Source: Calditrichia bacterium (lineage in GTDB: Bacteria; Calditrichota; Calditrichia; JAJRVZ01). Taken from it: a stretch of 64,000 nt of DNA. Under the pieces are notes generated by a model, which had not been told where the DNA came from, searched no databases, and saw nothing but the letters and a program-made list of their open reading frames with translations. Positions within the stretch are counted from its first letter, which is position 1. The number at the start of each line of letters is the position of its first letter. The DNA lies in assembly GCA_963796965.1 (NCBI GenBank), contig CAWCNS010000009.1:352001-416000 (forward strand), in the 5' to 3' direction. Positions 1 to 9,996 of the stretch are shown here, piece after piece. A program made the translations under genes and the position numbers.

Positions 1-2
1 AG

Positions 3-719
3 TTCCGATATCAGGAAGTCATTCAGAATGCCGAAGAAATACTTCAGAGGAAATCTAATATGTCTATAGAAGAGGAATGTGAAATTCTGCGCCTTCTATC
101 ACTGTCATATTATTCACAACAGGATATGCAAGGTGCCCTTAAAAATTTTGCAAAGATCATAGAATTAGACTCCAATTACCGTCTTAATCCTGTAGAGAAT
201 TCTCCAAAAATTTTGGCATTCTTTGAGGAGATTCGACATCAAACCCAGGAAAAAAATACCCAATCTGAAAAGCCAACAAGGGATAGTGTCGCTGTTGCTA
301 TTCCTGATATGAATGTGGATAGTCTTGAACAATCTGCGCGTCAACAAATGGCCCTTTCACTTTTCCTCCCCGGTTCAGGACAAATTGGAAGGGGAGAAAA
401 AACAAAAGGCTGGCTCTTGTTGGGTGGAAACGTCGTTTTACTCGGATCTTTTTTTTATTTTGCCGCCGAGACAAACCGTCTTGAAGATATATATTTACAG
501 GAGACTAATCCGATGAATATTTCATCCGCCTACGATGATTTTAATCAAGCCTATCAAAACCGGAATTTAGCCCTGTCCGGGTTTATAGCAATTTGGATTT
601 ATACTCAGATTGACTTTCTTTATATCTCTAAACCAAAGCCCTCCTCTGGTCAGGTTAGCTGGTATCCTAAGATGGACCAATCAGGAAGAACATCCTTAAA
701 CATCGCCTACCAATTTTAA
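3..719 (+). CDS. TPR-containing protein with C-terminal membrane/DUF5683-like domain, 5'-truncated by window edge
   Basis: Frame is open from position 3 to the stop at 719. TPR-like helices (LSLSYYSQQDMQGALKNFAKII), then 'SLFLPGSGQ...KTKGWLLLG' hydrophobic segment and terminal Phe. Confidence 0.6.
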   Translation, partial: FRYQEVIQNAEEILQRKSNMSIEEECEILRLLSLSYYSQQDMQGALKNFAKIIELDSNYRLNPVENSPKILAFFEEIRHQTQEKNTQSEKPTRDSVAVAIPDMNVDSLEQSARQQMALSLFLPGSGQIGRGEKTKGWLLLGGNVVLLGSFFYFAAETNRLEDIYLQETNPMNISSAYDDFNQAYQNRNLALSGFIAIWIYTQIDFLYISKPKPSSGQVSWYPKMDQSGRTSLNIAYQF

Positions 720-1139
720 CCAAAGCTCTGCATATTTTACACCTGGTACGAATATTTTTCGCACCTGTTTGTTGTTTTTTAATCGAACTCAGATATCATC
801 ACCCCAAGCGAGCCCATCAAATGCGGTTTTATGAGAATCAAGAGAATTAGATTTCTCTGGCATTATATTTGAACCTATATCTTTTGTCAGGTTTCCCAAA
901 ACGATTAAAATATTCTCACGCAAAGTCGCTAAGAAGTAGGGAAAATAAACTCAAAACACAAAGATCACAAAGATTTTAGTAATTGTATACTACTTTCAGC
1001 ATTCTGCTTTTTTCAAATCTTGGATGATTTTATTTCGGCAAACCAATAGGAAGTCCATGGATATGACAGGACTTATATTTATAGAATTTTAATCTGATTT
1101 GTGCAATTCGTGGATAAAATATTTAACGTGGAGGTAACC

Positions 1140-4100
1140 ATGTCATCGTTACAGTATTTGTCTTCCATAATTTTTGTTGTAGTACTTTTATTTTCCAGCT
1201 TATTCGCGGGAAATATGAATGGGGTCGTGTATGATGCGGAAACAGGAGATGTGGTTTCCGATGCAAAAATTATTGCTCTCAGTTATACAGCTAATGGCGA
1301 TTCCTTGCAATTTTCAACCCGTAGCACTTCTGATGGTCAGTATGAGTTGACCAATATGGCACCCTACTCCTATCTAGTCTGGTGTGAGCATCCGGACTAT
1401 CAGGTTAACAAAGTTAATGATGTGGTCATTAGCGAAAATGCTAATTTTACCCTCAACTTTTCTCTTCTCCGACATTATGAGCCTGATTTTGATACACGCA
1501 TTTCCGGAGTCGTTTATAGTACAACGGAGCTCCTTTCAGCAATGATACCTTTGCCCGGTGCTAAAGTTGTGATCTATGGGGAAAACAGCAGATTTGAGAC
1601 CATAAGCAATGATGATGGTCGCTATAAATTTAATAATGTTCCACCGGGCGAATATAAACTGACCGCTGAAGCGGCTCATCATCTTCCTTATGAATATTCT
1701 GATATTATTTCGCTTCAACAGGGGGATTATATCGATGATCTCAACATCCAGCTTGTACAGCTGCCCCATCCAAATACCTCCACTGTTTATGGGAAGATTG
1801 TTAGTCCTACCGATAATACACCCGTATATCCGGCTTATGTAACCGTAATACCCTTGTATTACACAATGATCGACGGACCGATCCCCATAGAACCAGACAT
1901 TTATGCTGTGATCAACAATCCGGATGGGAGTTATGTGGTAGAAAATATTCCTTCCGGTAAATATCTGATGATCTGCTCTGCTGAGACCTATAAATGGCAA
2001 CGAATCGAAAACATTGAACTGGTTGACCAGAAAGTGAAGGTTGATTTTTTTCTGGATGAACTAGATCCTACACATGACAATTTGATCACAGGTACCATTT
2101 ACGCATATCCCACAAGAGGACATGTTCTGTCTCTGGTTGATGTTTATCTTACCTATATAGATCCTGATCTTGAACGACCGGAAATCCTCTATCACAGTCT
2201 CTCCGATGGATTTGGACATTACCAGTTCCACAAAGTTTACAACGGATTCGTCGAAATGCGTTTTTCTAAATGGGGATTTGAACCATTCAGCGACAGTCTG
2301 AAAGTTTCGGATGATACCTGGCTTACAAATCAGGATTACTGGTTAAAACCAATCATCCAAATTGATCCAATCGTTCTGAAAGGCTTTGTCTATCAGGCTG
2401 ATAACACGGGATCAAATAAACCCATCTATCCTGCACATATCCAAATGTATACCATTAACAGTGCCGGTGAGCAAATCAGATACAATACGATCAACAATCC
2501 CGACGGCAGTTATCGGATTAGCGGGATCCGACAGGGGACCTATACAGTGGTATGTACAGCTGTAGGATATGAAAAACGGGTTGAAGATAATATTGTATTG
2601 TCGGCTCCGCAGCATGAACTGGATTTCTATCTTAAACCATTGGGAACAAATCTTTTCGGATATATCACCGGTCGGTGTCCACTTTGACTGGCGAAACCAG
2701 CCTGTCTCCGGGTGCGTTAATAAGTTTTTTACCCAAATATACCGATCTATTGGAAAATGATGCGGCTTATCATACAATTACTGGTCCAGATGGTCAATAT
2801 AAAATGATGCTGCCGGAAGATGAATATATCATCTCATGCCAGTATCGCGGCCCGGATGGCTGGTATTTCTACCAGGAATATTACGACAATGCCCATACCA
2901 TGGCAGATGCAAAACCGGTAAAATTACATGGGGGAGAAACTGTTGGTAGTATCAATTTTGGCATTCCTTATCCGGCTGATCGTCCAATCCGTAAAGATTA
3001 AAGGTAACGTCAGCGACTATAACGGCAATGTACTGGCTGATGCTATTGTCAATGTCCGTCCCTATGATATGCCAACCCGGGCCTATGGTGCCGCCGACTA
3101 TGTTTATCAAACACGTACCGATGATCAGGGGAATTATATCATCAAAATTGATCTCTATTGGCTTACCATCCCCACACCCGTCTTAGGATTTATCGTTTCT
3201 GCTCAGAAGGATGACTATGTCACCGAATTTTACAAAGAGAAAAGAACACCATACGAAGCAGACATCCTTTGGGCCTTTAGTGATACCACTTTCCAGGCCA
3301 TCGATTTCACACTGGATCCGTTGAATCAGACCTATGTCATCGAGGGTATAATTAGCAGCGAAGATGGCACGGCAATCCCCCAGGCATTCATAATCGGATT
3401 TCATGCGCTGACGGGAGAGGTTACGTTCGGTATTTCCGGTAATAACGGGGCTTATCGTTTAAGTGGTTTGAAAAAAGGTTATTATTTTCTTTTGTTTGTT
3501 GCCAGTGGTTATGTCCCTGAATTCTATGATGATGCCCGCCGTTGGGAAGAGGCTAGACCTGTTTGGGTTAATGGTGTTGTATCGGATATCAATGCATCTC
3601 TCACCCCTATGCCCACTTTTAGCGGAAACATCAATGGTATTGTCTCCGGACGGATCTTTGATGAAAGTGGAAATCCGCTTTCCGGGGCAATGGTCACGAT
3701 GCAATTACGTGATGGACCAATTCATGCCTATAATTTGAGTGACGGTGATGGTATGTTTGAGCTACCTTGGGAAGAATCCGGTGAATATCTCGTCACAATA
3801 AGCAAGGTTAACTATAGCAGTTATTCCGCCTGGATAAAAGTAGGGTCTGAGGACGCACCCACAACGACCATGCTATTTAATCTTGAAAGTACCTTTACAG
3901 ATTTGCCCGACGATCCGGACAAAATAGCACATGCAATCCCGACAGTGCATCGTCTATATCAAAATTATCCGAATCCTTTCAATCCTTCGACGAATATCCA
4001 ATTCGATCTTCCAGAACAAGAAGAGGTTAATCTGATTATTTATGATATACTGGGAAATCGGGTTAGGGAACTATTTAACGAATCTCTACCAGCTGGAAAT

Positions 4101-4220
4101 CATACCGTAACCTGGGACGGCTTAGATCAGCATGGTGTACAGGTCTCTTCGGGCCTATATTTTTACGTCATACAAACACCCGATACGCGCATGGTTGGCC
4201 GGATGATTCTGCAGAAATAA
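1140..4220 (+). CDS. Secreted multi-domain surface protein: tandem carboxypeptidase-regulatory-like (prealbumin-fold) repeats plus C-terminal secretion-system (T9SS type A/FlgD-like) tail; split by two frameshifts near 2675 and 2990
   Basis: GGAGG RBS before ATG 1140 and a signal peptide. Repeated 'G.V.....P..GA.V......T..DG.Y' units across ORFs 1101-2687, 2675-3001 and 2928-4220. C-terminus LYQNYPNPFNPSTNIQFDLP...IYDILG. Confidence 0.8.
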
Positions 4221-4236
4221 CATTATGAATTTTCAG

Positions 4237-4260
4237 AGGGACACGACATATCGTGTCCCT
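4237..4260. repeat. Perfect 10-bp hairpin (AGGGACACGA-cata-TCGTGTCCCT), REP-like or terminator
   Basis: Exact inverted repeat directly after the stop at 4220. Confidence 0.6.
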
Positions 4261-4293
4261 AATTACATTATAATATTACAGACCAGAAGGAAT

Positions 4294-5154
4294 ATGAATA
4301 GACCCGATACCCAAACTTACTCTAAAAGCAATGATGTCTTGACAAATTATTTCAGAGAGATTAGTAAGATTCCCCTTCTAACGCCAGAGGAAGAGGTACA
4401 ATTAGCTTCCAGGATCCGCCAAGGCGATAAAAAAGCGTTAACCAAACTAATCCGGGCTAATTTGAAATTTGTCGTAAAGGTTGCCCTGGAATATAGAAAT
4501 CAGGGATTACCTTTAGAGGATTTGATCAATGAAGGCAATCTGGGATTAATAAAAGCGACCAGACGTTTTGACGAGACCAAGGGATTTAAATTTATCTCCT
4601 ATGCCGTCTGGTGGATCAGACAAAGCATTTTGCAGTCTTTGACAGAACAAACCCGCACGGTTCGCTTACCCGCAAACCAGATTGCAACTATCAATCAGAT
4701 TGGAAAATCGTATAATTCCCTGGAACAAGTCTTTGAACGCGAACCTACACCTGAAGAAATCGCTAACAGATTAGAATTAACACCGGGTAAAATAAATTTC
4801 ATTTCTCAATCTATGGGGAGACAATATTCTCTTGATGCTTTTATCTCATCTGATAAAGAGACAAGTTTGCTCGATGTTACAGGTGATGATAAACCATTGT
4901 CACTTGACCAGGAGAGTGGTAATCAATCACTAAGAGAAGAAATCGACAGGGTATTGCAAACACTCTCCAAAAAAGAAGCGGATATCTTACGCATGTACTT
5001 CGGATTTGACGGCGAGCATCCTGCAACCCTGGAGGAAATTGGCATAAAATTCTGTCTCACCAGGGAGCGGGTTCGTCAAATAAAAGAAAAGGCTATTTTC
5101 CGTCTAAGACATAAATCCCGCAGCAGGCAATTGAGACAGTTTATTGATCTATAG
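4294..5154 (+). CDS. RNA polymerase sigma-70 factor, RpoD/RpoS-like, lacking region 1.1
   Basis: Motifs YFREISKIPLL (1.2), DLINEGNLGL...FDETKGFKFISYAVWWIRQSI (2) and TLEEIG...LTRERVRQI (4). Likely start ATG 4294. Confidence 0.9.
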   Translation: MNRPDTQTYSKSNDVLTNYFREISKIPLLTPEEEVQLASRIRQGDKKALTKLIRANLKFVVKVALEYRNQGLPLEDLINEGNLGLIKATRRFDETKGFKFISYAVWWIRQSILQSLTEQTRTVRLPANQIATINQIGKSYNSLEQVFEREPTPEEIANRLELTPGKINFISQSMGRQYSLDAFISSDKETSLLDVTGDDKPLSLDQESGNQSLREEIDRVLQTLSKKEADILRMYFGFDGEHPATLEEIGIKFCLTRERVRQIKEKAIFRLRHKSRSRQLRQFIDL

Positions 5155-5306
5155 GAATTAATACCAATTTAAACGGTATTTAAGGTAAACGATCTTACTG
5201 ACTATATATTGATCACACCTTGTTTTTTTCTTTCCCTTTGATTAGACTTATCAACTTTATTTGTGAAAACCATAAATAAATCGGTTTTAAATCATCCACG
5301 ATTTGG

Positions 5307-5335
5307 CCAGCATCAAGCATCCAGCATCTAGTATC
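5307..5335. repeat. Degenerate 7-mer tandem repeat (CCAGCAT/CAAGCAT) x4
   Basis: ccagcat caagcat ccagcat ctagtat in the intergenic region. Confidence 0.5.
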
Positions 5336-5446
5336 TAAACTGACCCTATTTTTATTTACATTTCATTTACCAAATACTATATTAGACTCGATATGCTATG
5401 TAAATCTGACTGTAAATGCTAATATTTTTCTCTTATTCAATATGAC

Positions 5447-5472
5447 TGCATCCATTCCATATCTCATGCGTT
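5447..5472 (+). promoter_or_regulatory. Putative ECF-sigma autoregulatory promoter TGCATC-N16-CGTT
   Basis: Has the spacing and CGT -10 of SigW-type ECF promoters (TGAAAC-N16-CGTA) and lies 20 nt upstream of the ECF sigma gene. Confidence 0.4.
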
Positions 5473-5491
5473 TAGGATAGTAAGGGTAACT

Positions 5492-6091
5492 ATGCAACTG
5501 AAAAGTAACATGCATTTCCCGGACGAGGATCTGATGTTAAGGTATCGCAAAGGGGATGAAGATGCCTTTGAGATGCTCTACCGAAGATATGAGAAACCGG
5601 TATTCTCCTTTATCTACCGCATCCTAATGAGTGCTGTTGATGCGGAAGATATTTGTCAGGAAACATTCCTGAGGCTGGTAAAAGAGAAAATGAAATATCA
5701 GGCATCCGGGAACTTTAAAACATGGATTTTTCGAATTGCCCTTAATTTGTGCCGGGATCGATTAAGAAGAAAAAAATTCCGTTCTCATCGTTCTATTGAT
5801 GTACATTCCCTTTCTCAAAACGGTAATATAAATGAATTCGAAAATTCCTTATCCGATCCCACCCCTGATCAAATAGATTGTATGGAAAAAAATGAAATGA
5901 AAGTTCTTATACAAAAAGCTTTCGCAAAATTGCCTGAAAAACAACGTACGGTGGTTATCATGAAGGAATATCAAGCCTTGAAATTCTCAGAAATTGCAGA
6001 TATCATGAAAAGTCCCCTTGGAACCATCAAATCATTAAATCACAGAGGACGTCAAAAACTGAAAAAAATCTTAGTCAACTATATCGATTAA
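5492..6091 (+). CDS. ECF-family RNA polymerase sigma factor
   Basis: DEDLM...GDEDAFEMLYRRY, AEDICQETFL, FKTWIFRIALNLCRD, LPEKQR...EIADIM...GTIKS. Confidence 0.92.
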   Translation: MQLKSNMHFPDEDLMLRYRKGDEDAFEMLYRRYEKPVFSFIYRILMSAVDAEDICQETFLRLVKEKMKYQASGNFKTWIFRIALNLCRDRLRRKKFRSHRSIDVHSLSQNGNINEFENSLSDPTPDQIDCMEKNEMKVLIQKAFAKLPEKQRTVVIMKEYQALKFSEIADIMKSPLGTIKSLNHRGRQKLKKILVNYID

Positions 6092-6098
6092 AATAATC

Positions 6099-6139
6099 TG
6101 GATAATTTATCTCTCGCGGCGGCGCAGCGACGCAACGAT
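6099..6139. repeat. 41-bp dispersed repeat; second copy at 18965-19005
   Basis: tggataatttatctctcgcggcggcgcagcgacgcaacgat vs tggataattcatttctcgcagcggcgcagcgacgcgacgat, 4 mismatches. Confidence 0.75.
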
Positions 6140-6318
6140 AGTTCTCCTTTTGTCATGCCGTAGGCATCTTTGCTCTTGTCGATACAAATATTCCTTTTCT
6201 GATATATCAGAGGCAAGCAACTGCAAAGATCCTTATCAGCCACGGCTGATCCGCCGGGGCGGACAGGATGACTTTAAAAGAAAGTAAGATAAAATGATAA
6301 ATAGAATAGGTAAATCAT

Positions 6319-7302
6319 ATGTCTATATGTAAAGATATTCAAAAAGAATTGGAAGCTTTTACCAGCGGCGAAACAGATGCAATAAAAACAATTGAGATAC
6401 AAGATCATTTGAAGGATTGCCCAACGTGCTCACAGGTATTAAAAGAATCAACCAGATTATCTGAAGTTTTTCAAACCTGGGAAGCGATAGAACCACCACC
6501 TGATCTGTATGAAAATCTACAGGCTCAAATAAAATCAGCAGATTCTTACCATCAGAAGATCATATTAAATCCTTTGGTGAAAAAAGTGGTTCTTGAATTC
6601 GCCAAAGTTGCAGCGGTTGCAATTATTACACTCGCGATTAGTTACTGGATTCTGTATCCCCTGCCGGAGACGGATGACGATTCTATGATTATCAATCTTT
6701 ATTTGAAAGAACATCAAAGCGTTGTCGCTCAGACCGTATCGACAGATCTCTCGACATCGCCGGCTACGCGCCTGCAGATAAACCGGGATGACATCCTCTA
6801 CTATGAGTTTTTCGACCAGAGACCCGAATATATACGACCAGGTATTATAATGAGAAGGCCGGGGTCGCAGCAAAAGATTACTTCTCCGGATGCGCCGGCG
6901 ATCAGAAATGGCCAGATTCTTACACTCCCTCAGGCACAGAAAAGTGTGACGTTTGACTTAAATCCACCACCACGTCTTCACCCGGGTTATATACTTGATA
7001 AAATCAGGAAAATTGAAGGGCGGAACAGTCTGCAATTACTATATACAAATGGTATCAATACAATATCGCTGTTCGAGCAGCCTTTAGAGGGAGAACAGAG
7101 GCTTGCTGCCCGGGATTTCAGGGAATATGCCGTTTACCAGTACCAGGGACAATCGGGCGGGACGATTCTTGCCTGGAGCGATAATAAACTATCTTATGTA
7201 CTGATTGGTACTACGGAAATGTCCCGCTTAATGGATATGGCACAATCTATCAGTGCTAAAAGTAATGTAAAAAGTTCTATGAGAAATAGGATAAATAAAT
7301 GA
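6319..7302 (+). CDS. Zinc-binding (ZAS) transmembrane anti-sigma factor with extracytoplasmic domain
   Basis: HxxxCxxC motif (HLKDCPTC), one TM (VAAVAIITLAISYWIL), C-terminal 'LLYTNGINTISLFEQ' resembling the RseB/MucB C-terminal region. Lies directly after the ECF sigma. Confidence 0.85.
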   Translation: MSICKDIQKELEAFTSGETDAIKTIEIQDHLKDCPTCSQVLKESTRLSEVFQTWEAIEPPPDLYENLQAQIKSADSYHQKIILNPLVKKVVLEFAKVAAVAIITLAISYWILYPLPETDDDSMIINLYLKEHQSVVAQTVSTDLSTSPATRLQINRDDILYYEFFDQRPEYIRPGIIMRRPGSQQKITSPDAPAIRNGQILTLPQAQKSVTFDLNPPPRLHPGYILDKIRKIEGRNSLQLLYTNGINTISLFEQPLEGEQRLAARDFREYAVYQYQGQSGGTILAWSDNKLSYVLIGTTEMSRLMDMAQSISAKSNVKSSMRNRINK

Positions 7303-7617
7303 AACCACAGAGAACTCAGAGAAGAACTCTGAGAACTCTTAAAAAATATTCAATCAGAGCAATTATTTAGAAAAAATTTACCACTTTTTAAAAAATCGAT
7401 TTTTAAAAGTATTCCTATTGCTCAGATGTTGGTTCATTTAGAAATATGGCATATATGAGTTAAGCTAGTAATTAATCTTAGTGTTGAATGCTTTAGAGTC
7501 TGACTGAAGAAAGATATATAATAAGAGGTCACAGAGGGGAGGAAAAGAATAAATCCGTTTAAATCAATAAATATCAAATAATTACTCTGTGCCTCTGTGG
7601 TTATTTTTTACACTACC
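7261..7617. mobile_element. Degenerate copy of the MITE at 36388-36798
   Basis: Left end agtaatgtaaaaagttct...atgaaaccacagag; right end cacagaggggga...ctctgtgcctctgtggttattttttacactacc. Both align with the 36388 element. No clear TSD. Confidence 0.6.
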
Positions 7618-7640
7618 ACTAAGTATAATAGGAGAGAATC

Positions 7641-9833
7641 ATGAGGAAAATAACTTTCTTTTCAGTAGTGATATTTATCTCTTTAGCTTTTATCTGGACA
7701 ATAGTCGTTTTGCCTTCCGACGATTCTGATTCGGACAGGGACAATCTGGCAGACCAGCATTTCACCCAGGCAGTTGAATTCATCAATAAACTGATGTTTG
7801 ATGAAGCAATTGTTGAGCTGGAACAAGTGATAAAGCTGGTCCCTGAAAGCAAAATTGCAATGGATGCCCAGTATTGGATTGGCCAATCCTATTTTAAAAC
7901 CGGAAATTTTGATGATGCCTTATCCACGTTAGAAAAGCTCATCGACCAATATCCGGAAAGTGCTATCATTCCTGTGACACAACTGATGGTGGGACGCGTG
8001 CAACAGGCAAAAGAAAATGAGAAACTAAAAAGTACAACAAGCGACGCATCGGAAAAAGGTGTAATCATTGATCAGAATACCGGCGTAAAATATACCAGGA
8101 CAATGACATTCGCAGGTAAAAGGGATGTGATTGAATATACGACAGATCTCAATCTCTCCCCAAATAGTAAGTTACTGTTGAATTGGAATCTTGTGATTCC
8201 ATTGGATGGTGGTGACCCTTTTGATCTCGTCGACATACCCGCGGGGCGGGGCACCTGGTCACCAGATGGGAAAAAAGCAGTCTTTTTCTCGAAAGAGGGC
8301 ATTTGGATAGTTACTGTATCAGCAGAGACAGGACATTCAACAGGCCCACCCAGGAAACTGCTTACTGGGAATTACATGTATGGGCTTAATGTGAGTTGGT
8401 CTCCTGATGGGCAGAAGTTCGCTTATGAGAGGAAGGATAAGGATGATCCCGGAAACATATATACCTTCTCGGTAAGAGATAATATGCTAACACAGATTAC
8501 GAATGATCCTATTCGGGAATATTTACCTAAATGGTCTCCCGATGGCCAAACCATCGCCTACAAAAAGGGAAGAGAAACCTGGGTAATCCCTGCCGAAGGT
8601 GGATTGCCCAAAAAGATCAGCAGCGATAATGGTCGTCTCATTTCCTGGTCACCTGACGGAGAGTGGCTTGTCCACCGACCTAGTTATAAGAAGCTCCGGT
8701 TTGTCCGCCTCACCGACGGGCGCGAGTTTGACATGGTTTTACCTGAAGAGACAGGACTCCATTTCGCTTGGTCACCTGATGGGAAGAAGATGCTTTTCTA
8801 CAGATCGTCCTACGATTGGAGATCAGCTCTCAAAGTCGTGTCAGCTGCCGGAGGTCCGTCCTTTGAACTCGGAAGTAAGTTTGTACTCTGGCCATATCTC
8901 CAGTTCTGGTCTTCTGATAGTAAGATGATAGTTACGGAGGGGGAAGGAGGCTTCTGGATAAGCCCCCTCGCTAGCGGCGATCCTTTCCCATTCAAACTGG
9001 ATATATCGGTCGATGGAGAACCGTATCCCTGCCGATTATCGCCTGACAGCAAGAAGTTCCTCTTCGCCGTAAAACGAAAAGACGGGATGAAGAGCCTCTG
9101 GGTAGTTCCAATTTCGCTGAAAGATGGCCGGACGACCGGCCCTGCCGTGATGGTTTTAAGTGAGATGGATACAAGACGCCCATGTTATAGGGTCTGCTCC
9201 TGGTCTCCTGATGGAACAAAGATTGCAATAATCCATAAGGAGGACATCTGGATCGCATCTGCCGAGGGCGGTGAACCAATACAGCTCACAAAAACTTCGG
9301 AAGACAAACTTCGTCCAAATTGGTTGCCCGGAGGGGATATGATCGCTTATACAGCCTATCACTCACAGAAGGAACAATCACTTATGGTAATCTCTGCATC
9401 TGGAGGTGAACCGAGGAAAGTGTTAGAAACTGTTGAGGAATATACCTGGTCCCCGGATGGTAAAGAACTTGCCTTCATCTCCGAACGATTCATCTTGGTT
9501 AATCCCATAGCTGGCGGCGAGTCTCGCCAGATTGCCGACTTGCAGGAACTGGGTGTGGATATAACAATAGGACTTTGCTGGTCTCCAGACGGGAAAAACC
9601 TCGCCTTTGTTAGCAAAACTGCAGACAAACCAGGCCTAATATTCCTGGTATCAGCTACAGGGGGCAATGTTCGCACCCTTGGCGCTGATGACTTCGGCGA
9701 GATGGATCTCCTCTATTGGTCTCCTGATGGAAAATGGATCTCCTATGCCTCAGATAAATTTGTTAAGGCACGCCCCGAAGGATCGATATGGGAAGCAGAT
9801 TTTAAGGAGGTTTTGTCAAAATTATTAGATTAA
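7641..9833 (+). CDS. Exported TPR + TolB-like (PD40) beta-propeller repeat protein (paralog D)
   Basis: N-terminal hydrophobic signal/anchor, TPR (AQYWIGQSYFKTGNFDDALSTLEKLIDQYPES), about 12 WSPDG repeats, AGGAG RBS. Confidence 0.85.
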   Translation: MRKITFFSVVIFISLAFIWTIVVLPSDDSDSDRDNLADQHFTQAVEFINKLMFDEAIVELEQVIKLVPESKIAMDAQYWIGQSYFKTGNFDDALSTLEKLIDQYPESAIIPVTQLMVGRVQQAKENEKLKSTTSDASEKGVIIDQNTGVKYTRTMTFAGKRDVIEYTTDLNLSPNSKLLLNWNLVIPLDGGDPFDLVDIPAGRGTWSPDGKKAVFFSKEGIWIVTVSAETGHSTGPPRKLLTGNYMYGLNVSWSPDGQKFAYERKDKDDPGNIYTFSVRDNMLTQITNDPIREYLPKWSPDGQTIAYKKGRETWVIPAEGGLPKKISSDNGRLISWSPDGEWLVHRPSYKKLRFVRLTDGREFDMVLPEETGLHFAWSPDGKKMLFYRSSYDWRSALKVVSAAGGPSFELGSKFVLWPYLQFWSSDSKMIVTEGEGGFWISPLASGDPFPFKLDISVDGEPYPCRLSPDSKKFLFAVKRKDGMKSLWVVPISLKDGRTTGPAVMVLSEMDTRRPCYRVCSWSPDGTKIAIIHKEDIWIASAEGGEPIQLTKTSEDKLRPNWLPGGDMIAYTAYHSQKEQSLMVISASGGEPRKVLETVEEYTWSPDGKELAFISERFILVNPIAGGESRQIADLQELGVDITIGLCWSPDGKNLAFVSKTADKPGLIFLVSATGGNVRTLGADDFGEMDLLYWSPDGKWISYASDKFVKARPEGSIWEADFKEVLSKLLD

Positions 9834-9875
9834 GACTGAGGTCAGAAAATATTAATACATAGAATTGATAAAGGA

Positions 9876-9922
9876 TAAGGGGACACAATGTCCCAAATAC
9901 TGTGCCCCCCGATAATGCTCTT
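9876..9922. repeat. Hairpin-containing repeat (terminator- or REP-like) downstream of propeller gene A; near-identical copy at 15758-15805 downstream of gene B
   Basis: taaggggacacaatgtcccaaatactgtgccccccgataatgctctt vs taagggggcacaatgtctcaaatactgtgcccccctgataattctctt. Confidence 0.7.
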
Positions 9923-9934
9923 ATTATTATGCTT

Positions 9935-9964
9935 TTATTCCGGCAGGAAGTTTTCCATTACCCA
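9935..9964 (-). pseudogene. Orphan C-terminal relic 'WVMENFLPE*' of a type-B propeller gene
   Basis: Minus strand reads TGG GTA ATG GAA AAC TTC CTG CCG GAA TAA. The 19 nt at 9947-9965 are identical to 15833-15851 in the end of gene B (WVMENFLPEK*). Confidence 0.75.
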
Positions 9965-9996
9965 GGTTACTCCAGATTTTACGATTGGAGCTGGTA

